A stretch of 64,000 nucleotides of DNA, taken from NCBI GenBank assembly GCA_964016885.1, contig OZ024759.1, positions 15,686,001 through 15,750,000 on the forward strand, in the 5' to 3' direction. This stretch comes from Eledone cirrhosa. Lineage: Eukaryota. The position numbers were made by a program, and so were the translations under genes. The notes beneath the pieces are model-generated. The model ran no database searches and was not told where the DNA came from. It saw only the letters and a program-made list of their open reading frames with translations. This document shows, piece after piece, positions 52,746 through 64,000 of this stretch (the first letter of the stretch is position 1; every line of letters begins with the position of its first letter).

Positions 52746-53328
52746 AGAGCGAGAGAGAGAAATGGGATTTAGCTTCAAGCATAGTTGCATACAGATATGT
52801 ATAGAGATTTCGTATTTCTAAAGAAACACGGTATGTTTACAGGGTAAACATTTAGGAAGCCGTAGCTATGCAAAAATCACCGGGGCTAACGCCCTCTGGT
52901 GGTGTCCAGCAGAAGCAAGGGGGGCAAGAAAGGGATAAAGTGTTTATATTTATCTAAAAACCTTTGTTATGTTATGTTCCATCATAATTTTATGTAAGAA
53001 CCTTTGTTAAGTTATAGTAGTGGTGATAGTAGAGTTGCAATTGGATTGCGTTCAGAGACGGTATGCCAAGATGATCACTCAATACGCTTGGGGAGCAGAG
53101 TATCAACAATAATAAAAGAGGGAACAAAAGATCTGTCTTACATCATATATATATATATGTAATATCTAATTAAATATTTATATGATGCAACACTGATTAT
53201 TTTTTCCCTAATTATTATTATATATATATATATACATATATGTAAAAAGTAAACAGAAATAACAACACAAACGGTACAGTATATGGAAGGAATATATTAT
53301 GTTAACGCTTGAAATAGCAGGAAGAGGG

Positions 53329-53364
53329 TCTTAACGTTTCTGACGCTAGTCCTTCATCAGAAGC
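53329..53364 (-). ncRNA. minimal hammerhead motif (family A, copy 2) within pseudo-LTR fragment ~53243-53537
   Basis: GCTT-CTGATGA-A-GGAC TAGC GTCA-GAAACGTT-AAGA. Confidence 0.72.
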
Positions 53365-53828
53365 AAGAATGAGAAATAAGATAGATTGAAGGGACGGGCG
53401 GGTTGGAATTGGAAAAAATGTCTTTAGATAAAAAAATAACAGGTCCATTCATGTTGACACATCTGGATTTTCAAATTGGATTTTCACCCCGAAACTGGAC
53501 ACCAACCTGGAGTATACCTGAACTTCTTTGCTTCTTGCATATATATATATATATATATGCAAGAAGTCGCAGAAACCAATACTGGATTTTACCATCAGTC
53601 CAGGGTCCGGGAAAGTATCAACACATATATTTTTATTGTTTGACCCGAATTACTTTGTCGTTTTGTTTTGGCTGTGCGGATGATATGTTTAACCATCATC
53701 TCAGTGTGTTTGGCCCTTAATGTATGTTGTAGCTCTGATTCATATGATTCATCGAGCGCTTGCCACACATATCGGACGTTGATTTTCGTTAATTCCTGAG
53801 CTGAAAACGATTCTCGCTAAATTATATT

Positions 53829-53885
<57 letters not shown>

Positions 53886-53925
53886 ACCAATCCTTGTGAC
53901 AATCACTTTTACCATATATGGAATT

Positions 53926-54021
53926 ACCCCCTGAGAAGCTCGGCTATTCATATAACAGGATAAAAATGTTCATTTAGTCCAGAATTAGCCGTCGAAACGG
54001 CTTGAGCTCAGCCGTCGGGGT
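53926..54021 (+). ncRNA. type-I hammerhead ribozyme (family B) with full helix III and GUC cleavage triplet; core reads CTGAGAA
   Basis: Helix I ACCCC/GGGGT, CTGAGAA at 53931-37, helix II CGGCTA-TTC/GAATTAGCCG with a ~32-nt loop, GAAA at 53994-97, helix III ACGGCT/AGCCGT, GTC at 54014-16. Confidence 0.75.
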
Positions 54022-54112
54022 CCTACTCGTTCCTATTACCCAAGCTACTACCCTAAGTATTGAGTACTTTGGTGCGTTATGGTCCAACTGGTTCCTTACC
54101 ACATTTCCTTCG

Positions 54113-54159
<47 letters not shown>

Positions 54160-54707
54160 TTTTAAACTGAGGCTTGTTTGCATAATTGTAAACGAATCGA
54201 ATATTATAATTAATATTCGAAAAACTCAGATTAGATTTATTGCATTCAGCCATGTAGAGCGAAATTTTATTTACTTATTTATTTAAATATCGCAAAGTCG
54301 ACCATTGATCGCTCGTATACAGGAAACTGACTGGCCAGTCTGCCGATATGCAAATCTGGCTGATCAGTGGATCTGCTAATATGCAGATCTGACTGATCAG
54401 CCAGTCTGCTATGCAAATCAGGCCGGTCAGTCACTGCATATTTTAGAAAATATCATATATTTTCACTAGGTCTGGCAGTTGGCAGGCGAACAGTGAACTA
54501 AACTGATGAAGGGTAATACTTAGAAACATTAGTGTCTGCAGTTCTGTTTACATGCCAACACAAGAACAAGAATGAGGGGTTCATTCTATTGAAATGGCTT
54601 TAAAATTGAGGCTTGTTTGCATAATTGCAAGCGAATCGAATATCAGAATTAATATTCGAAAAACTCAGATTGCATTTGTATATATATATGTGTGTGTGTG
54701 TGTGTAT

Positions 54708-54784
<77 letters not shown>

Positions 54785-55417
54785 TGTGTGAGTGTGCGTG
54801 TGCGTGTGTGTGTGTGTGTGCACAAACCGATAATTGCATACATACATGCATGCATGCATGCATAAATACGTACATAAATACATGCATATTATTAACAGCT
54901 GCAAACTTGCGGCATTATAACGATATATAAAATCCTGCATACGAAAGACTGTTTTCTGACAAATATAGAATACATTCATGTTTTTCAATCCGTACATGAC
55001 ATTTTAGTAGATGGAATAATAGCGGAATATTACTATCAAAACTTCTGCTAAATTCAAATAAAACCGGAGTGATGTATTTGATATGGAGAAGAAAGACAGG
55101 TTTTATGCAACTACAAAGGTCTGTAGCCCTGCACATATGAACATATCTTTCAAAACAAATAGCAAAAGGAATATTTATTGTCACCTGCTGCAAAACATAT
55201 ATCTCATCTTCTCTATTCGGATTATATATTTAGGTTTCGTATCATAATTATAGGTGCATTCGGTTATGTTACGAAATGTTTAAAGCATAATCTTGAAAAG
55301 AAATGGATTTCCAGACGAAGAACGCAACCAACTAACACGCAAGTTGAGAAACAGAAAATATATGCAAAAATATTCTAACTTTCAAGTTGTAAATTTTTAC
55401 ATTTTTCTTATTATCAT

Positions 55418-55901
55418 TGGCAGTATCGGTAGAGCGTCGGGCGAAATGCTTTGTGGTATATACTGGCGTCGTCAAGTATGTAATTTGTAGAAATTTGTAG
55501 AAGAAAAGACAAACTTTTACAAATTTCATACTTGACGACCCAATAGTTAAGTCTCTTTACGTTCTAAGTTTAAATTCTGCCGAGTTTGGCTTCGCCGTTT
55601 GTCCTTACGGGGTCGATCAAATAAAATACCAGTAATGCACTGGGGTCGATTTAATCGACTTTCCTCTCCCGAAATTGCTGGCCTATTGCATATACTAGAA
55701 ATCAGTATAAGGGCGGTGGTTTGGCAGTATCGGTAGAGCATCAGACACCATGCTTTGCAGCATAGTGTTATGGCCCTTTACGGTTTCAGTTTAAATCCCG
55801 TTGAGGTTAACTTTACCTTTCATCCTTACGGGGTTGATAAAATAAATACTAGTAATGCCCGGATTAATTGCTGGCCTTGTGCCAAAAGTAGAAACAGTTA
55901 T
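55418..55901 (+). mobile_element. two tandem octopus-type SINEs (55418-55708, 55711-55901)
   Basis: Both have TGGCAGTATCGGTAGAGC heads, cores and GCTGGCC tails; the first is interrupted by a MITE. Confidence 0.85.
55463..55543. mobile_element. ~80-bp mariner-type MITE inserted at TA within a SINE
   Basis: TIR GTCGTCAAGTATG.AATTTGTA / TACAAATTTCATACTTGACGAC with TA flanks. Confidence 0.85.
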
Positions 55902-56429
55902 TATCCCACTTATTCCTGAGACGATCGTAGTGGAAAAGTGCTCTCCAATTGCTCTGGCGTGTTCCCCAAGCGTGGCCAACCAAGCTGATGAATGTTATCC
56001 CGCCAGTTTCTTGTCGGTTGTTTTTGCTCTTAAAATATGTTCAGTAATTATTTCCTTATACAATCTAACCACATGACCGTAGTAAGGGAACTATGATATC
56101 TCGATGGAGAGAAGTAATGGCAACTTCCTGATCTCTAGTAGAGCAACTTCCTGATCTCTAAGCTACGTATTTTATCGATTAACGTAACCCCAAAACTCCT
56201 TCGGAGGACAACCATTTTGGTCGTTTGTATTCACGATCGTATTCTTTCGGTCATTACCCGAAATTCATGACCAACTTTTTATACATTTCGTTACTAAAGT
56301 TCCAAAGATTAAGATTTATTCCTTTCCAATAAAATATTTATTTTAAGACTCAAATAACATAACATACGTACATCTATACAGAGATACACATACACACATA
56401 AATATATATGTGTATATATATATATATAT

Positions 56430-56504
<75 letters not shown>

Positions 56505-56586
56505 TTGGGGTCATCAAGTATGAATTTTGTAGAGATTTGTTGTTTTTTTCTACATATTTCTACAAATTTCATACTTGACGAACCAA
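56505..56586. mobile_element. ~80-bp mariner-type MITE, second copy in the opposite orientation
   Basis: TA|TTGGGGTCATCAAGTATGAATTTTGTAGA...TCTACAAATTTCATACTTGACGAACCAA|TA. Confidence 0.88.
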
Positions 56587-56925
56587 TACATACATAGATA
56601 GATTGATAGATATATACATTCATAGATGCATACATACGTAGATGCACACATACATGTATACAATCATGCACAAAAACATGCATACATTATATATGTGTGT
56701 GTGTGTACGTACACATATACATAATCATACACAGACACACTAATACACACACATATCTGCTGACATTAATAATGCCCCAACGTCAGAAGTGTATTTCCAA
56801 GAATTCCAGTATGGAAGTTTGCGTCGCAATATTTGTTCTAAGTGCCAATAATTCTTCAGATCTCTATAAATATGAGAGACTGCATTGCTAGCGTAATGTT
56901 GTATCGCACCTCTCCGCTGCCTTCG

Positions 56926-58145
<1,220 letters not shown>

Positions 58146-58738
58146 ACTTGCTGAAAGTATATGGAATCATTGCACTTGAGTAATGACCATTGCAATTTTG
58201 GTCGTTGATCTAACACACATGGCTGTCCCAGAATGGATTGTGCCCAGAATATGAAGATATAACACGAACACACACATATATACATACGTATATACATACA
58301 TACATAACGAATATACATGCATATAAATATGCATATATATACAGATATATGCATATATATACATATAAATACATATATATGTGCATATATATATGCCTAT
58401 ATATACATATAAATACATGTATATGCATATATATATACATATATATGCATATATATACATATAAATACATATATATGTGCATATATATACATATAAATAC
58501 ATATATATGTGCATATATATATTTCTATATATACATATAAATACATATATATGCATATATATACATATATATGCATATAAATACATATATATGTGCATAT
58601 ATATATGCCTATATATACATATAAATACATATATGTGCATATATATACAATATATATATGCAAATGCACATATACATTATTTTATATATGTACATATATA
58701 CGTATACATACATATGTATATATGTATATGTGTGTATA

Positions 58739-58770
<32 letters not shown>

Positions 58771-59249
58771 CACATATACATATATATATATATACACACA
58801 AATATATATACATACATATACACACATATACATACATACATGTATATAGATATATATACATATATACACACACATATGTGTGTGTGTGTATATATATATA
58901 ATGAAAGTGTACACAGAGAGATGGCATAAATTTTCGCATACACACAAACATGTTCAAATATTCCTAGATACATCAATCTTTCACTGACACTACCCCCCCC
59001 CCCCCCCTCCCTGGTATAAAACTGCAGAATAGCCATAAATAAAGTCAAACAATAAGCGACCATCGTCCACAGACCGTACAATGCCGTATTATACTCAAAA
59101 ATGGTGAGTTGGCAATGTCTTTAGAACAGGGCTTCGCATAGGGGTCTGTTTAGAGCCCTGGGGATGAATAAAATGTTTGGTACGGTTCAATGAAATCTTT
59201 GGCGTTCGCAGGAGCTGAATTTATAAGTTTCCGTTAGCAAAAGAGGATA

Positions 59250-59620
59250 TATATCGCTTGAAAACAAGTGATAAAATTCGCTTGAAAACAGGAGACAAAG
59301 ATTGCTTTAAAACAAGAGACAAAGATTGCTTGAAAACAAGAGACAAAAATCGCTTGATAACGAGAGAGAAAGATAGTTTGATAACAAGAGAGAAAGATAG
59401 TTTGATAACGAGGGAGAGAGAGAAAAATCGCTAAATAACGAGCGATATTGTAAACTTCCTTGATAAAGAGGGATAGAGAAAAATCGCCTGGTAACAAGAG
59501 ATAGGGATAAAATAGTGAGAAAGTTGAAATTCGCTTGATAGCATGAAAGAAGAAATTCGCTTGATAGCATGAAAGATGAAATTCACCTGATAGCAAGAAA
59601 GCAAAGATCGCTTGATCATA
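59250..59620. repeat. degenerate ~24-bp tandem repeat (TCGCTTGATAACAAGAGAGAAAAA-like)
   Basis: The motif TCGCTTGA.AAC/AGC recurs through the segment. Confidence 0.8.
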
Positions 59621-60044
59621 TTGATTAGCTCCCCATTAAAAGATAATTCAAGCATTAAAGATGCCTTTATATGTATAATATACTGATACAATGCAACTTT
59701 CACGGGAAGAGTATTTTTTTTTCTAGGGCGGGTAAAATTCCCGAGATCCATGGACGAGTTCTCTCCAGCGGTCTCTGTCCCTCATTATCGCTGCCATGTC
59801 CTGCCTCTCCAACATTATGGTATCACATTAAACTACATCCAGTGGCAAGGCTCCAGTTCGGGAGTTCAGGAGCTGTAGTGAATGGGGAGTTACCCCCTTA
59901 GTTGTCATAACTCCCAGGTCTGCTCTGGCCCGGAGTAGTAGTACCTGTTAGGGCCCCATTTATGGGTTAAATAACTATCTTATTCGAGTTGCGCCGGCAG
60001 GGTATTGTCAGCCATTGAAAAGAAATATGGGAAGTATGGGAAGA

Positions 60045-60086
<42 letters not shown>

Positions 60087-60265
60087 TTGTATGAACAAGT
60101 AACTCCTAATGGAGTAGTAGAGACACTGTAGTGTCATACGGCGTGAGTTATGCTTTTTAAACCTGGTGGGGCCCAACTCATCTCATATTCAGGACACACA
60201 TGGCTCTCCCAGAATAGATTGTGTCCAGAATATGAAGATATAACACGCACACAAACATATATACA

Positions 60266-60300
<35 letters not shown>

Positions 60301-61139
60301 ACGCATATATATGCATATACAAACATGCATATACATACATATATATACATATACAAACATGCATATATATACATATACAAACATGCATATATATACATAT
60401 ACGTACATGCATATATACATATACATATATATATATACATATACATATACATATATACATATACATATATATATATATACATATACATATATACATATAC
60501 ATATATACATATACATATATACATATACATATATACATATATACATATATATATACATATATACATATACATATATACATATACATATATACATATACAT
60601 ATATACATATACATATATATACATATATATATATACATATATATTTATACATATACATATATATATACATATACATACATATACATGCATGTATATATAT
60701 ATACATATACATAATACATACATATAATGCATACATGCATATATATATATACATATACATACATATATATACATATACATATGATGGTTGCAAACTCTCT
60801 TAAGAGTATTGCAATCGTTTGCCAGATAACGGAAAATGGAACACTTTTAGGCTACGGCCAGCCACACGATCCTGTAACATAACCAGAACAAAGCATTTTT
60901 TTTTAAGTGAGGAAAGGCTTTTTTTAAGTGGGCAAAAGTCTTGCCCTCGACTAATCCCACTCTCTGGGCATCGAAAACACTACCCCAAAAAGAGAATTGG
61001 CCAACATCTTTGGATGCTTTCAAAGCCGTAGGGTTTTTTTTTCAAAGTTTCTCTCTCTTAGAAAAGTGTTGTGACAACTGGAGGCCTTTCACTCCCAAGT
61101 GAAATAAATAAAATACTATTTTGATGGCCGTTGACTATG

Positions 61140-61212
<73 letters not shown>

Positions 61213-61214
<2 letters not shown>

Positions 61215-61406
61215 CGAAAGAAATGTGGTAAGGAACCAGGTGGACCATAACGCACCAAAGTACTCAATACCTAGGGTAGTAGAGTGGGTAATAGGAACCA
61301 GTAAGACCCCGACGGCTGAGCTCAAGCCGTTTCGACGGCTAATTCAGTCCAGAATTAGCCGTCGAAACGGCTTGAGCTCAGCCGTCGGGGTCTTACTGGT
61401 TCCTAT
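61213..61406. mobile_element. family B pseudo-LTR (minus strand) fused to an inverted partial copy, forming a perfect 55-bp-arm palindrome
   Basis: Arms 61291-61345 and 61352-61406 around AGTCCA. Confidence 0.92.
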
Positions 61407-61479
61407 ATATATATATATATATATATATAGTTGTAGGAATATATCTGCATGTCTGGGCATATTGATATATTTATCAACG

Positions 61480-61520
<41 letters not shown>

Positions 61521-61527
<7 letters not shown>

Positions 61528-61667
61528 ATGTAATAAACAACATAAGGCAATTATTCCATTTACCAGTGGTTTCTTAAAAGCAAAGGATTGAAAGCAAAAC
61601 CTTTTGCTTTTAAGAAACCACTGGTAAATGGAATAATTGCCTTATGTTGTTTATTACATAATAATAA
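61521..61667. repeat. near-perfect fold-back palindrome with ~65-bp arms
   Basis: TATTATTATGTAATAAACAAC...AAAAGCAAAGG-ATTGAAAGCAAAA-CCTTTTGCTTTT...GTTGTTTATTACATAATAATA. Confidence 0.93.
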
Positions 61668-61729
61668 TTAAGCTCTGTTACCTACATAGAGCACTCTTTT
61701 TTCCTGGACTTTTCCGACGGAATTACTTC

Positions 61730-61777
<48 letters not shown>

Positions 61778-61781
<4 letters not shown>

Positions 61782-62052
61782 GTATTGCACCAAAAAGAAA
61801 TAAAACGCCGACGTGAAGAGATTATGAATTTACTTGCTTTGACATATGTTTCTTTGTCTATTATAATAGTCTGCATGTGGTGACTACAATATATATTGTT
61901 CAATCATATGTAATACTTAATTATTTATTACACTTGATCAGAAAACCTACAGTACTGGAATTTTACTACGGGGTAGAATTCAGTCATGTCAAAGCAAATA
62001 AGTTCATAACCTCTTCACGCCGGTTTTTTTTATTTTCTTGGTGCAATACTTG
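61778..62052. repeat. diverged inverted repeat (~70-bp arms with a spacer)
   Basis: AGTATTGCACCAA..CGTGAAGAG.TTATGAA.TTA.TTGCTTTGACAT / ATGTCAAAGCAA.TAA.TTCATAA.CTCTTCACG..TTGGTGCAATACT. Confidence 0.8.
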
Positions 62053-62220
62053 CTTATATTAATATACTCCGTGATCTCTTCTGGACCTATATGCCATATT
62101 CACCTACTTGGATTTATGCTATACAACTCATAGGAAACCATCGAGTCAAACTCCCTGGTAAGCAGCTTTCTTGTTTAAACATTCATTCTGGAGATACATA
62201 AATAAATCCTAATCTACCTT

Positions 62221-62302
<82 letters not shown>

Positions 62303-62614
62303 AGTGAAATGGCAGGAGACCAAATATGTTGAATTTCCTTCATTTTTTTTTTCTGCAAACACTATACAGATTTCAGTGCCCGGTTGCTTAAGCACTCTGT
62401 GACCAGATCACGTGTTAATTGCGTAATAAATGTATACCAACAGAATGATGGTAAACTTTAAGGCAACAGGCAAAGAAAAAATGTTTTTGACCACCAAATT
62501 TAAACGTATATATATTAGAGATGTCAAAATGAATGGACCTGATATTTTAATCTAAAGACATTTTTTTCAATTCCAACCTGCCCGTCCCTTCTATCTATTT
62601 TATTTCTCATTCTT

Positions 62615-62650
62615 TCTTCTGATGAAGGACTAGCGTCCAAAACGTTAAGA
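62615..62650 (+). ncRNA. minimal hammerhead motif (family A, copy 3; G12>A) within pseudo-LTR fragment ~62517-62737
   Basis: TCTT-CTGATGA-A-GGAC TAGC GTCC-AAAACGTT-AAGA. Confidence 0.7.
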
Positions 62651-62730
62651 CCCTCTTCCTGCTATTTCAAGCGTTAACCTAATATATTCCTGCCATATAC
62701 TGTACTGATTGTGTTGTTATTTCTGTTTAC

Positions 62731-62765
<35 letters not shown>

Positions 62766-63429
62766 ATAATAATAAATGTGAAGACTAAAATCCAAAGAGG
62801 GCTCGATAAGGATAAATATATAGGAACCCTAGTGCAAATATTTATTAAAATAATAGATTAAAATTTAAGCAAAGGGTGAAAGCAACGATACTTTGCTTAA
62901 ACTTTAATCTGTTATTTTAATAAATAAATATATATATATATCTCCATACATACATGTGCGTATCTTTATGTAGTAACGGTACTTCATTAACACTATTTGC
63001 CCATGAAACGAAGCTATTATCCTGTACTCTATCAGATAATCTACCGTACTATATTTTACTGTTTTCTACCAGACTGTGCCATACTGTACACTGTTATGAT
63101 TCAATTGATTATTCCGCCACCACCCTTATTACTACACTCGTAAATATCTGTAATTTTATGTCTGTGTTATAAATCAATCACCTTCATTATTACCTCAGTT
63201 ATTCCTAAGAACGGATATTAGCAATTACATAAAGTATAGATCGATATAATTAATACCAGACTGTTATAGGTCGAGATTATGACATAATCAAATTAAGCAA
63301 CCTAAATGAAGATTCCCCGGAAATGGCCGCGGCTGTCTAATAATGGTAACAAGTAAAATAACATACGAGTAAATATACAGAGCTCGATTTAACCCTTTCA
63401 ATAGCAAACTCGCTCAAGATCGACTGTTA

Positions 63430-63875
63430 ATATACAAATCTGTGATTCAAGTCCTCATTGTCACAAATCTGTTAAGATACAAAGCTGTCATATAAATCCT
63501 CTTTGTCACAAACAAATCTTTTAAGATACAAATCTGTGATACAAATCCTTTTTGTCACAAATCTTATAAGATACAAATCTGTGATACACATCCTCTGTCA
63601 CAAACCTTTTAAGATACAGACCTTTTAAGATACAAATCTTTTAAGATACAAATTCTCTGTGACACATATCTTTTACGACATATCATTTACGACATATCTT
63701 TTCGCAACATATCGTTTCACGATATCTCTTATAACAAACGTTGTCAACGATACAAAGTCATCAGTGACACATTCTTTTACAATACAAAATATTCTACGAT
63801 ACAAATCATGTATGACATAAATCATCGATAACACATATCTTCCATAAGACAATATTTTTACGATGCAAATCTTCT
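63430..63875. repeat. degenerate ~15-16-bp tandem repeat (AAGATACAAATCTTTT-like)
   Basis: The motifs GATACAAATC and GTCACAAATC recur through the segment. Confidence 0.8.
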
Positions 63876-64000
63876 AAAGTGGTCATATTTAAATTAAAAC
63901 ATTTCACCATCGGCGTCGAAGACGCTACTTTTTCCCTAAAATAATACTAAAAAATTCAACCATACGTCCTGGAGACCGAAGGTTGTTTATTTATTTTTTT

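Overview
This is eukaryotic, microsatellite-saturated intergenic or intronic DNA. It is most likely from an octopod cephalopod, inferred from the abundant tRNA-derived SINE ending ...GGCCTTGTGCCAAAAGTAGAAAC and the extreme (AT)n/(AC)n/(TACA)n density. I recognise no host protein-coding gene, and almost all ORF-track entries are simple-repeat artefacts. The main element is a full-length (~5.7 kb) Tx1-clade LINE on the minus strand (33337-39042), with a CCHC ORF1 and an uninterrupted APE-RT-zinc-finger ORF2. It sits inside a (GATA)n tract. Two further 5'-truncated relatives (6722-7062, 44395-44448) also have (GATA)n/(TATC)n on both sides, which points to a tetranucleotide-microsatellite-targeting retrotransposon. 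A second theme is Penelope-like debris: one RT fragment, about ten type-I hammerhead ribozyme motifs from several sequence families, and fold-back palindromes that break inside the ribozyme. Also present are an RTE-derived non-autonomous element embedded in (TACA)n, mariner, Tc2 and hAT MITEs, decayed LINE RTs, a CpG-rich 14-bp satellite with a 210-bp higher-order repeat, and several minisatellites. All calls were made by eye, and boundaries of degenerate repeats are approximate.
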